DNA of 57,905 nucleotides, counting the filler, from Sluysia triapertura (lineage: Eukaryota), in the NCBI GenBank assembly GCA_046118255.1. It is 4 parts of 4 records of this genome, joined end to end, with 100 filler letters (N's around TTAATTAATTAA, not from the genome) between each part and the next. Parts side by side here need not be neighbours in the genome. Positions count along the whole stretch, not along the records: positions 11,202 to 26,526 come from JBJNIA010231343.1; positions 26,627 to 44,746 come from JBJNIA010176362.1; 2 more parts are not named here. One strand, 5' to 3'. Below are positions 25,046 through 38,129 of this stretch, one piece after another (positions within the stretch are counted from its first letter, which is position 1; each line of letters opens with the position of its first letter). The position numbers and the translations under genes are program-made. A model generated the notes under the pieces. That model was not told the origin of the DNA. It did no database searches and saw only the letters and a program-made list of their open reading frames with translations.

Positions 25046-26526
25046 TTGTGGTGTCACGCTTCAATATATAACATACATCTCCTACATAATTCTCCTACAC
25101 AAACACCTCCTAATAAAACAAATACACGCTTCACACAAATACTCTCGACAAACAACACTTTATCATCCACACCACAGTACAAACACTCACGCGCTACACA
25201 TATTACACACCCAGTAACAACCCACAAAGTCCCCATACCAAAACCAAATAAAATTTTAGGCTATGGTTTCTCTACCAAACGTTCCCGACCTTTTATTTCG
25301 GAGCGCCAAAAAATAAAACCGCAAAAAAAGTGTAAAATTTTCATAGACGCACCACAGGGAGCGCTATTCTTAAATAAGAAACCATCCCTATATAAATGGA
25401 CACCCACACAATACCTGTCCACCCCTAACAAAACCTATGCCCAAGCATGTAAAATGGGCATACCTACCTTGTAGAGAGGCCCCATACGGTCAAATTCTAA
25501 TCAACCAGCAGCGTATCACGACGACAAAATACAGTCCCGTACAGGCACAAATTGTAAAAATGAATTCAATAAAGTCAATCAATACAAATCAACCATTTAC
25601 GATAACAAACAATGTTCCAAACTCAACTACAACATTGAACTTGGTCACAATCTAACATGTTATACAAAGACTCCCGTCAAAATAAATAAAGACAAGTCGG
25701 ACCACAACAACCAAAACAATTACCCAAAAGCAAAAAATAACAATAAACAACAGAAAAAGGCTCAGCCTTCAGAAACAACCAACGACAACATTACACCACA
25801 AACGTTACCCAATAACAAATCCGTAACCAAACAAAATCTGAAAATCACAAATCCCAAACAAATAAACAGTACTCCAGAGTATACAATACATGATTGTAAC
25901 GACAGGATTAGAGTCCAAGTTAAGTGCGTAACCTGTGCGTTACGAAAAAACGTCACAATCTGTCAACGCTCACGAATAAAGACGTTGAACAACATCATGG
26001 ATCATAAAGGTGTCTAGTTTTCTCACCGATCAAAACCTCTACGGGAACACCTTACATTTTGTGACTACAACATATTTGACGGAGCTGTAATAGGACTAAC
26101 ACACAAACTGCTCGGCGGATCAGACGTCGACGGTGACATCCCCTTGACACAACAAAAATCCCAGAAGAAGGCAACTACTTTCGACATGCCATTCTTCACA
26201 GACGAATCGGGATTACCAAACACATGGTTCCTTGTCGTTGAATCACATTTTAAAAGATACAATATTAAACGACAAGGCACCATGTTCAACCAACTTCTAC
26301 CTCTCCTGCCGCAACCACTTCTTAGCAAATTAGGTAGCAAGATTCAATCATGCTTGCAATCCGAAAATGCTTATGACGACTTGAAGCAAATAATCTTGGC
26401 ACATTACCGCCCCAATACACAAAAGGTATTCCAAGATTACTTCAAGGCTCAATCACTAGGGACATTATCCCCCTCTGAATTCCTGGCCAAAATCAGAAAT
26501 GACCTAGAACCCTTCGGTTGCGAAAA
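25046..26526 (+). mobile_element. 5' part of a retroelement with gag-like (DUF7041-type) ORF, cut by the gap
   Basis: Abrupt A/C-rich segment starting TGTGGTG, with TATATAAA at about 25389. The 26144 ORF has PFF...PNTWFLVVESHF...YDDLKQIIL...LGTLSPSEFL. Confidence 0.8.
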
Positions 26527-26626
26527 NNNNNNNNNNNNNNNNNNNNNNNNNNNNNNNNNNNNNNNNNNNNTTAATTAATTAANNNNNNNNNNNNNNNNNN
26601 NNNNNNNNNNNNNNNNNNNNNNNNNN
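26527..26626. other. Assembly gap with six-frame-stop linker
   Basis: N44-TTAATTAATTAA-N44, followed by (ATT)n to about 26702. Confidence 0.98.
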
Positions 26627-26643
26627 ATTAATATTAATATTAA

Positions 26644-26703
<60 letters not shown>

Positions 26704-29700
26704 TGTAATGTATAATTTTACAAAAAGAAAATTGACAAATTTCTTATGAATTTTAAAGATTTTAGAAATATACCCTATTCATTTTTTAGTTACTTTATTC
26801 AACGTAAACAAATCAAATAATAATATTTTCTAATTTGAAATATTCATTAATCTTCGTTTATAGAAATAGATCGTATAATGCGATTATAAAAACAAAATAA
26901 AAAATATTCAAGGAAAAATAAAATTGATTAACAATTTCATTATTAAAATGCAATAATTTATAATTTATAATTTTGAATTATATTTTGTTTAAGCAACTGA
27001 ATTTTTTTTTGTAAATTTAACATTGTTTCAGATTATCTTTGTTTTTAATTAAAATATTGTGTCTTTTATACATGTACGCTGATATACTTTAAATATATTG
27101 AATTATAATAACAATTCGGTTGTATTTAAAGTTTTGTTTTATAATAAATACACTCTAAATCAGACAGATTACAAAATTGATTTATTTTAAATTTCTGTAT
27201 TGCAAAAAAAATAAAACTTTGTAATTATCGGTCAAGTTAAACAATAAAATTAATAAAGATTTCATATATTCACGAAGTTTGTTTTAAATATGAGTGTGAA
27301 TTTTTGAAACAATTCTTTTGTTTTTAACATGTAATATTTTACAATTTTGTCAAATAATATTAACAAATATCATATTATAGTTCATTACAATTTTAAAAAT
27401 GCTTGTCAACTACTGTAAAAAAAGGTATATAAATCACATAAAATGAAAAGTTATCGAAATCATTCAAAACTGATACATTAATGAATAAGAAGTAATTCTA
27501 TCAATTCATATAAATAGTAAATTTGTTAGTGGATCTTTATGCAACATATAATACTCACAATTAAAATTCAATTAAAACAATTTTATTAGTAAAATAATGT
27601 TTTTCTAAAACTCAAATACTATTAAAATTGAAATAATACAAAATATTTCATATTATTCTTAAAAATTAATTAAATACTGAAAATTATCAAAATGCAACAC
27701 AAATTCCAAACTCATACCTTTCATTTTTTTTGTGGCAGGACAATTTTAAAAATTAAAAGTAAGAAAAAATCAAAATTTTGAATAAATAAAATGTTTGAAA
27801 TGCTTCACCCTGTAATTTATGCAAAAAATGTAAATAATACAAAATATTCATTTTATTCGAAATTTCGAACAGTGGAAAATAATTCTTTCAACATCAACAC
27901 TATCAATTAAAGCGAGACTTAGTTTTTATTTAAATTAAAATAATAATTCAAACAAATTTCCGAAATTCCTGATTAACTATTTCTTAAACAAAATGAAGAA
28001 TTAATTCCGTTTTAAAATAAAAAAATTAAATTTTCACTTATTTTGTACGTATAAAATATTTAAACTATAAAAATATTATTATGGTTTCTCGGATGAAATG
28101 TGTAGCTAATCATGTGGTGGTCAGACTCATTACATCTGATATTAACGCAAATTTAATCTTTAAACATCCTTTTTTATTTTCAATATTTTAAACCATCAAA
28201 AGTAAATTCATTTGTTTCATTTACACATTATAATGAGATTATAAACCTGGCAAACAAAGCTGTAACAAGTTAACTCAAACACATAAGAATAAACACGTAA
28301 CACATATAAACTAAAATATAAATTAAATATTATACTCAAAGAATGAAATCGTTCAAAAGGATGTACAGTTTCTCTGACATTACCGAATAAAACTCCAATC
28401 AAGTTCATTACGATTCCCAGATGTTTTCTGCCATCAAATTTAATAAAAGCATCTATACTAATTGGCACTAATATTTATGTCAAGCTCACATAAATATTTC
28501 TTCACTTGATAACGTTAATTTGATGTTCAAATTCATCCATGTATATGTACGCTATAAGGTAAATTTCTTCGTTATTTTTATCACCCAGATTTTCTTTAAC
28601 TTTGCAAGGTGCACGTGAAATCGTTCTTTGATTGTACAGTTGCATCGCTACCAATTATAGTAGTTCCATGGTCTGATTGATTTGCATTTCCAACTTCAAT
28701 TTTGAGTTATCATTGCATTTTCATACGGTAAATTTCTAGTAGTTATAAAGGCTCTCGCCATCGGCCTTTAATTCATAGACTTATTTAAGTCTACATCCTT
28801 TATATGTTTCCTAAAATAATCTGGATCCTAACATTTTATAATCCGTACGAGTTTTCCAAAAATTTAACATAAAATGACGTATCATCTTTTTTATTACGTG
28901 ACAAGTCCTTAACTGCTTGTTTAAGCGCCTTTGCAAACATTTTAAATTTCTTAGAGTTCATTTTATTAATACTTTTGACCTTTGCTCCTTATAGAAATAT
29001 AGATTCTTTTTTATTGTTATCAAATTATCAAATAAATAATTAATGATATTGATGCATTAAAAATAACAAAAATGCTTCACTGATCTATAAATCAAATACA
29101 CACTGTCAATCTTTTTAATTTAATTTATTATTATAGTATGAATTAATGTAAAATACATATTAATACACAAATACATATAATTTCTTACATATAAATTAAA
29201 ATTTTGTTAAATGTGTAAATGATAAATATCATTAAAGGAAAGTGATATTTAATAATATCTGATCAAGTCATAACTTGAGGTATTACTATAAATGCAGTAT
29301 CGTAAAGAAAATTATGAAATAAAATCCAATTATCGAAGGATTTTGACTTTATTCATAATATAAATATACACCAAATTGTTTATGCAACTACGACATGATA
29401 AATTATTTATTTACAAAACCCTTGTTTAAATTAAAATTCTTCATAAGAAACCAATTTAATAAAATAGCGTAGATTACAAATTGTATGACAGATATAACTA
29501 AAATAATGTGCATTAATTACTTTCATCCAAATCGCTTAAGCATAACACATTAATACAAAATTATTTTAAACCGGAAACTCCAAATGAATGCACTTTTACA
29601 AATGAGTTTATGTACTTTTTTCATGCTGCATCTTTATAAATATCCTACTGAATTTCACTCATTTAGAAATCTGCTAAATAATCAATAATTGTGTAAAGAG

Positions 29701-31141
29701 GATATTAACCATCAACTATTAATATATTATCACCCAATAATACTAATAGTCGTTTCAGGTAATTATATGTAATGCGAATATAAATGTTTTTTGTTGCAAA
29801 CATATAACATGCAATGTCCAAATCGATACTGACAAATAAAAAAAACTTAATCAAAATAAATACATAATATCTGTTGATTTATTTGTTGCTGTTTTACGTT
29901 TATAATGAATAGTGCAGATAATATTTGACAAACAATTATAGTCATGACAGCAGAATCGAGAGGAAGCATAAGCAAGCAATGAATATTTACACATTTACAT
30001 ACATGCATAACTAAATGAGTTAACAAAAAAGTACCAAATTCAGTAAAATAGTACAATAATAACAAAAAAATGGAGCAATAACAACAATAATAACAATAAT
30101 TTTAAATATACGTTAAATGAGTATTACAAATTTTGATTATAAACTGAGATTAAAGTGTTTAATATCATAAAAATTGGTTTGTGTTTTTTGTATATTGATT
30201 TGGTATAAGATTGTATAAGATAGTGTTGAAGTTTCTTCAAGATTTTATTAAAAAATCCGTATTAGATTATGTTAATGCTTATTATGTTAATCGAGTTTAT
30301 TATTAGAGTTCGTTATACTATTCTTTATCAAATTTAACATATTATTATTATAATGGATCAAAAGAAGACAGAATCGACGAAAGTTGGTTCAATCCTCAAG
30401 ATACAGTTGGTAACAGAGAAGTATAAATATTTTAGTTATAAATCAAATATTTTATAGGTTGGGCTTTGTTTGTGATTAATAGCTACAATGATGTTGTGCT
30501 TTTTCATACTCTTAACTTACGGCAAAATTAACTTAACTTAATTTTGAGTAGGTTAGGTTATAGTAAACGAGTTACAAAGTAACGTTTGCGCTCTTGCAAT
30601 TATAAAATGACAATTATTAACCTGAAGTTTACCTTTTATCTTTTATTCTTCAGTTTACTTTATATGCCTTAACTATGTACATTAATTTTATTCCTAAATC
30701 TTAATACAGAAGCCTTAATTCTCAGAAATTAATTTAATTACACTTAAAAATGTATCTTCTTAAATGGATCTTAATAAAATTATAAGCCAAATTTTATTTG
30801 TTAAAAGTTTGGATTTTAATGAAATTATTGTAATTTTTCCGCAATTCACAAAGCCAATAAATTTTCAAAATTTATAATTTTATAACAAAATATATTGTAA
30901 GAAAAATAAATAAGATATTTTGAAATTAAAGCCTTTTCTAAAATTGATTTGATGCTCAATAAATCGTGGTTAAAATTTATTAAAGAATGAATTTAAGTGA
31001 GATTGTAAGTATAATGGTCCTAAGATAAATTAAACGTACTAATTTTTTATTGGCCAAAATAATAAGTCCAAGATAAATTTGTGTAGTATCAGTTGGTATT
31101 GTTAAATTGTATTATTAACCTTACAGAATAAAAGTATGTAA

Positions 31142-31190
31142 GTGAGTTCATCGACGTATCTAAGCTTAAAAGTTATGGCTAGACTGTCGG
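31142..31190 (+). repeat. Dispersed repeat core GTGAGTTCA...CG(T)ATC(C)TA; also at 23708-23745 (+) and 50315-50358 (-)
   Basis: gtgagttcatcgacgtatctaagctta / gtgagttcatcatcgtatctagtctta / gtgagttcacctacgatcctaggcta. Confidence 0.6.
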
Positions 31191-31399
31191 GTTTTTAAAG
31201 AAATTTAATATATAAATTCAATGGAGGTGAATGATAAGTTTTTTGGACTTGAAGAAGCATATTTATTATTATACTTTTTGTTTCTTATGTATGAGTGTGA
31301 CCTAATTTCTATTATCTTTTTCTAACTTTATTATCAACTGCAAGGAATTACAAAACATGATTGCAATTAATTTATTAAAATAAAGAGAGATTTTACGGG

Positions 31400-32180
31400 G
31401 GTTTCTTTATTAAAGAGAACCTATTAAATATATTATCGAAATTTTAAGAAATTTGCGATGGTTTCATCTTATAAGAAATATAAACTGTATACAAACTATC
31501 GCCTAGCTTGCTATCACTGTGGATTCTGTACATATTATTATTATGTTTCATTGAAATATTTATCTTCGTTTCGAATTTTTTTATTATTACTAAAAGATAT
31601 TCAGGAATTCCGTAATGTAAGCATTTTGAAACTATTGTCATGATTTTAATTATATTCTTGCTTTTATTGGCAACCAATGTAATTTCTTAAGATAAGACGT
31701 TACATGAGATCTTCTTCCCAATTGGAAAATTAGTATTGCTGCTTGATTAATTATTAATTGTAATTTTTTCACTTTTCTATATGAAATTGAATGCAATATA
31801 CCATTGTTAAAATCTATGTTGCTAGTTATCAATGAATTGACAAAATTTTCAAACACGCGATATTTTATTTAATTGATATTGACACATTTTAACAATACAA
31901 TTAATATTTTCTTCCATGTTCATTTTTGAATCCATATAACAACCTATATTTCTTACTTTTTGCTTTGTATCTAGTTTTTTACCACCTAAAATTAACTTTG
32001 CTTCACTTATTTTGGTATTGTCGCTATTTTTATTACCGAAGCTTATAAAATCTGACCTTAGTATTTATTTTAAAACCATTTTATCAATTCAGATACTAGT
32101 TTTTCTGTTCTTTGAATAGCATTTTCCATGTTGTTCATTTCAAATTCAGTATATATTTGCGCGTCATCGGTCTTATATTT
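31400..32180 (-). mobile_element. L2/CR1-group LINE 3' remnant
   Basis: DDAQIY; VRNIGCYMDSKM; SLITSNIDFNNGIL...KLQLIINQAA...HVTSYLKKLHWLPIKARI. Confidence 0.9.
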
Positions 32181-32975
32181 TAAGATCATAGTTATGATAA
32201 TAATTATCAATACAACGATACATTAAGTTGAATATAAAGATAAACTTGTTTTCAATAAGAACTTGTGACACAATGTACAACACGTTAATGGTACATCAAA
32301 AATCAATGTCAATAAGATATTTAGAATAATTTCTTAATGACAATTAATTTGATATATAATTTTATTATGCATGCTCATTATAATACATAGAAATTTAACT
32401 TTATAATAAAGAAAATTAATTAAATCTGATGATTTTACGTTATTTACGTTGACGTGTTTCACACTGTCTTGGTGTTCATAACATTGATACATTTCATGAT
32501 TGTGTTTTATTATCTATGATACCACTTATACGCAAACATCACAAGAAAAGTTATTGATTAAAAATGATTTTTAAAACAATTCTAATAAAATTAATTAATT
32601 TTTTTGTTAAATTTTATGTATTTTTTGTAAAACTTTATAAAATATTGATCCCTTTACCTTCAAGCTGCAATATTCTTTCAGTAATTTTATTTTCCGACAA
32701 CCACACAACAGAATTTTGTTCATACGTGAGTGTGTATCGTATGATAATCTATTTTTAGTCATTTCTTTATGAACTGAATTTGATTTAAGTTTTATAATTA
32801 GTTTTAAACTTATGGAATAATTCTTAGTAAAATCATCTTTGATTAATTCTGGACGCACATTCAGAAATTTTATATTATTTGGATCTTGACTTAACTTAAA
32901 TATATTGTTGGGGTAAAAGGCCTAAAAAGTGCCAAGTAGTGTAATTGAATATATTGAAAATGAAATTGTTAGACG

Positions 32976-33047
32976 GGGCTGATAGCTCAGTGGTAGAGCA
33001 TTCGCACTGCGCATCGAAGGTCCCGGGTTTGATCCCCGGTCAGTCCA
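32976..33047 (+). pseudogene. tRNA-Cys-like sequence (pseudogene, or SINE/TRIM head)
   Basis: 7-bp acceptor stem gggctga/tcagtcc and D arm TAGCTCAGTGGTAGAGCA are present. The anticodon arm is 18 nt and aberrant, and the T loop is GTTTGAT. (TTA)n follows. Confidence 0.8.
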
Positions 33048-33062
33048 TTTTAGGAAGTCTAA

Positions 33063-33102
<40 letters not shown>

Positions 33103-33104
<2 letters not shown>

Positions 33105-33230
33105 GTTGGGATGTAGGCTTAATGCGCCATGTAGTAATCTAAAAATTGTTAGACAGGAGTGATATCCCAGTGGTACAGCCATCAGTCCATCACTTCTATC
33201 CCCGGTCAGTCCATTTGATGAAATCTAACA
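33103..33230 (+). repeat. Second, degenerate tandem copy of the 32906-33064 unit
   Basis: tgttggg..aggc.taa..gcca.gtagt..aaattgttagac..cagtggta..atccccggtcagtccattt..tctaaca. Confidence 0.8.
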
Positions 33231-35327
33231 TTTGGTGAGCCCACATATCGAATACCCTTCTGATGTTGAATTAAATGATTTGTTATTATTTTTTGCATGA
33301 AAATACAATGGCTTTTATGGACGAGGTAAGGGAGAAATACCAGCAGTGTGACCAGCAATATTTATAGTGAGAGAGTGTTTGATTGTGAGACTTGGATTGA
33401 TTGGATAATGAAAGAGTATAAAATAAAAATTTAAAAAATTTTTCAGCACAATCACACAACACAAAAATTTACAGACATCGAAGATTCATGCATATGGTAA
33501 TAGTTTTGTAATTTTTATTATTTTATCATTTTATTATTTCAAGAAAAATAAAATAAAATAAGTAACTTTTTTAGGGAAAATATTTATCTTACTTGATAAC
33601 AGTAATTTTGCTGTAGTAAGAAAACAATAGTTTTAAGATAAATAAATTTGATTTTTTTTCAGAGTTATCATTTTGAAAAATTTTCAAATATATATTTAAT
33701 TTTAATTTAAATATTCATAAATTTGATTTTTGCGAGGATCTCTGAAAAATTTTTATAATTTTTGATAGTCAAATAAAATAAAATTACTTTGAAATATGTT
33801 AATAATATTGTTATTTTTATATTTTATAGGAAATTGATAAATATGATTTTTGGAGGATCCCTGCCCAAAACATTTCAGGTTAAGATTATCTGAAAATATT
33901 TCAGCAGTATCACTATTTTGAACTTTCTCGATATTGATATTTTTAGAGTTGTTGCATCACTCCTGGTTTCTTTGGTTATTATCATATTATTATATACGTT
34001 ATTCTTAATCTTGACATTTTAGTCATATTTGGTATTGTTTATGGAGATTTATATGATAGCAATTTGTATTTTATTTTTGTTTAATCATTAAATTATTGTC
34101 TTGTTATTAATTTGATCTTCAAAAACTCAATTTTGGGGTGAATAATTATCATTATTAAAATAAGAGAATTACTGATAATTTATACTTAATATAGTGAATA
34201 CTTAAATTATTGAGATTTTATTACAGTTAATTAAATTGATATTGATTTAGCGTAATTAATAATTTTCAAAGATGCAACAATTTTTGTTGTTGTTATTAAA
34301 ATAAAACACAAATATGCATAATACAACCTAACAAATTTTGAAAATTTGTAAATCAAGAGTCACACAGGCTCATTGAAAAATTTTCTACTAATTACTATTT
34401 TAGACTTAAAAAATTCGAAACAGTACAAACTGCATCTTCAACTAATTGAAAATTTGCAAAACTCTAAGCATGTAATATTTTGCAATACTAAATTATAATA
34501 GAAATTGGATTAATATTGTGATTTTCTTGGATCTGTAATCGTGAAATAAACAATAATAGAGATATTTTTCATAAATTTTACTCAATTAGAGAACAATTGA
34601 TATCAGAATCTATAAAAAAAGACAAAATTAAAATGTAAAACAATTCCACATTGAATTATTTACCATCTTGCGAAGTTTTTTGATATTATAATATGGAGCA
34701 GGTTGCATAAAAAAGATCCGCTATCTGTGCAGTGTGACATTTTAAAGGCTTTTTAGAATTTCCTCTTGAGTCCTCCCTTCCTTGTAAATTATGAGGTCCA
34801 TAATTTTCTTTTAGAAAAATACGTAAAATTAGTGCATTATGGAACGTGCATGTGTAGAGAAGAGAATAAGTGTGTGTGTAGATAATTGTGAAGAAGTGTA
34901 GAAATATCTATTTATATTTGAGAAAATGTTATTACTTTACTTAGTCTGTTTATATTGTTAAAGTTTTAAAATAATTTTTGAAGGTGTTTTATTAGAATTT
35001 TTTAAATAAATATTTCTACACTTGAATTGAGATTTTATTCCAAGGAGGTTCCATTTAGTTTGTAATTATAGTTTTAATTAATCATTTTAATCTTCTATAA
35101 AGTAAAATAACGTTGTCTTGAATATTTATAAAATATTAAAATTAAATTATTTTTTAATTTTTAAATTATTTTAATTAGGTTTGATATTTAAAAATTTATT
35201 TTTCAACCTACAAATTGCATCAATGATTGTTTTAACTTACAATTTCCTTATTGAAATGGGTCAGTTGAATTTTTAGAATTCTACACCTTTCTACTTCATT
35301 TATTTTCAAATTGAAGTTATAAGTTTT

Positions 35328-36060
35328 ATGGGATCAAAATTTCAAATGGATTTTATTCTTGGAAATAAAATATCCGAGAATAATTATGCTTCTTCATCAA
35401 AAGGTTGTGATTTAAGTGATGAAAATATGTTACCTGATAGCAGTTTAAGTCCAAGTCAGATAATGGAAAGTAATTTTGATACATTACATTATAATAATTT
35501 TAAAGAACATAATCATTTAGAATCAGATACAAAAATTCGAGTTTTTGATATAGAAGGAAATCAGTATTATGTAGACGAAAAGCATTTAATTCATGATTTA
35601 AGTAAATTTGAGTATTTTTGCTGAAAATATTTTAGATATTAATTCAATGGAAAAATCTAAGTGCAGTAAAATTAAAGTTGAAAGTGATGTAAATGAAGAA
35701 AGTGAAACAAACAATGACATTATTGATAAAATGTCTGCTGAATATGATGAAGTTTCAGATAATGAGAGCTTGAAAGAAATCACAGAAGCAGCTCATCTAG
35801 CTTATATTGAATGGAAAATTGACAAAATAGAACAAGAAATAAATAAATTAAGCGGTAATCCGTTAGCAGTTGTGATAAATTCAGCATGTAATTTGGAAGT
35901 TTTAGAATTTGATAAATTTGAAGTTAAAGAAGAGCGTTTTGATCGTAGATTACATTTGGATTTATCAGAAACGGAAACATTGGATAGAAGCCGAAAATTA
36001 CGAATGAAGGATATATATGATCGTTTCAGTGAAATTAATAAGTGGGTTAGTAATACGTAG
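35328..36060 (+). CDS. Hypothetical spliced protein (exons 35328-35601 and 35636 to about 36056; may continue)
   Basis: A 34-nt GT-AG intron (35602-35635, phase 1) joins the 98-aa and 150-aa ORFs in frame. Acidic protein, no family recognised. Confidence 0.65.
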
Positions 36061-36216
36061 GCGTGTCTCTTAACTTGTATGTTTTGAATGATAGTATTAC
36101 CTAGATTTATATTGATATGAAAATTCAATTGTCATTTTTAGAGTTATTGTACATTATATGAAAATCAAGTATTTAGCATTCTTAAGTAATTTGATATTTA
36201 TTTTAAAAATGTGGTA

Positions 36217-36358
36217 CCGTATTTTCCGGTACATTTTAGGAGGTGGACCTTATCCAGAAAATACGGTAATAGAAAACAATAGTCGCATCATATTTAGTCG
36301 TAGGATATTTCAGGATGCGTCATACAGTCAGGTATACCTTACAATCCGGAAAATACCG
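36217..36358. mobile_element. pogo-type MITE related to the 49316 element
   Basis: TA-CCGTATTTTCCGG ... CCGGAAAATACCG-TA, with an extra internal right TIR ending at 36266. Confidence 0.75.
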
Positions 36359-37289
36359 TATCGTGTATTCACGTTTTTCTGCTGTACCGACAAGAGTATA
36401 AATTGTATCTTAGCAATATTTTGCTATTGTTCCTTTGAATAATTTTTAAATTTTCATTGCGAGGCACCAATGCTTTTACTTCTAAAAAACTTGATCAAAA
36501 TTTATTTCATGTTATCTATTGATTTTGATGTTCATTTTTGATAAAAAGAATAACTAGAGACTGTTCCTTTTATTTCTGTTTATTGTATTATCTTTTTTTC
36601 CTATATAAATAAGCGATTTCATAGTTTTTAAATTATATTTATAGAATAGACTGTACTTTTATTTCTTAATAAAGATTATTCAATTTATTAATGTTTCGAT
36701 TGTTTCAGACATTGCTTTGTTGCGCAGTCAAAAATAGGCAATTTTCAATGAAAATTTTTGAAAAGATGATTTTTAGTATTCTTAATTGTATATCTTTTTA
36801 ATATCATCATTGCTAAGTATTATATCGCTTTTTAACCTTTATTAAAACATCGTACAAATATTCTTCAAAGATCGTAATACAAGATACAAACGAATAATTT
36901 TTCTTTATATTATCAAAACTTGAGTATTATCACACTTAACCACTCTATCTTTGGTGCTACGGGTTCTGGGTATTTTATCCAAAGTCTCATTCGATACTTT
37001 AGAACTAAATTTTGACCCATCAGTGTAAGCGTTGTGGGTTTATTATAAGCATGAAATGATTATTTATTGGATTTAATTTTACTGCAAAGATACTTTGGTT
37101 ATACCTAAACTACAAAGCAAATAAGCCTAGAAGAGTTCGACCTAACAAGAACGACTTAAGTCTGAACGACAGCGGCCTGATAGGATTTACGATGCAAAAA
37201 TAGAGTCAAATAAAGGTTAAGATAAGGATTGTCTGATAATTTTAGCTTATTTAAATTATTAAAATCTATCAATAAATTTAATGATTTTG

Positions 37290-37661
37290 AGTTAGCCTTT
37301 TTACGGTCTAACTTGTTAATAAGATATTAAATTAGCCTTTTACGGTCTAATTGTTGAAAACGAAATTGTTGATTTTATGATATTAAGCTAGCCTTATTAC
37401 GGTCTAGCGTTGTACAAGATTTTAGCAATTAATTAAAAATCAAATTAAAGTATGAAGTTTTATTACCACAACTCAAAAAATAATTTATACAAAAGTAATA
37501 TACACTGATAATAACAATAATTATTTTTGTTTGGCTTAAATTCTAATGAATTTAGCTTACAAGATTTTAGATTCAATTTAACTTATCCTGTTACGGTATA
37601 AGTTCAAAAATAAAATATTAGTTTAAGTGTGATTTTACTCCTCCCTTCTTACGGTGAGGAG
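37290..37661. other. Array of five covarying hairpins with a shared bulge and loop motif
   Basis: Pattern stem-CC-T(N1-2)TTAC-GG-T-stem' at 37290, 37330, 37387, 37580 and 37638. Confidence 0.9.
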
Positions 37662-38129
37662 ATTAAAAACCTTATTAAAAATAAACTTACCATTTTCATG
37701 GATTTTCGATTAAACGCTCTGTGAATAATAAGCTACTGCTGGCAAAATTGTGTTGAACCCACAAAATTTGTTGGGTTTTATACCCAATTTTGTTTTCAGT
37801 CGCCATATTATTCATACGTGTATAAATTAATTTAATTAAACAAAATTTGCTTTTATTTAAACCTAAATTATAATTAAACGAAAATAACTTTTATTTAAAT
37901 TTAAATTATATGCTATTTTAATTAGTTAATTTTTATATAATATTTTAATTTTTTACAATAATATTTTACATAATAATTTTTTTAATAATATTTTACAATA
38001 ATTTTTCATAATAAATGTATAATATATATAATCATAATAAATTATTGAATAATAATAATGTAAAATGTCTATTAAGGATAATAATATAAAATGTCTATTA
38101 AGGCTGCTGGACAATACTCATTCTCACAA

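Noticed and set aside
28200-28960. Coding-like minus-strand segment
   Set aside because: Many stops in all frames and no recognisable motif.
32976-33047. Functional tRNA gene
   Set aside because: The anticodon arm has an extra base and mismatches, the T loop lacks TTC, and it is part of a repeat family.
37335-37380. Loose resemblance of GCC..ACGGTC...TATG to flatworm spliced-leader exons (from memory)
   Set aside because: The ATG is not followed by a GT donor, no Sm site is evident, and the paired stems extend upstream of the would-be start.
37290-37661. CRISPR array or integron attC interpretation of the hairpins
   Set aside because: The repeats are not identical, spacers are irregular (16, 34, 171, 33 nt), no cas or integrase gene is present, and the context is eukaryotic.
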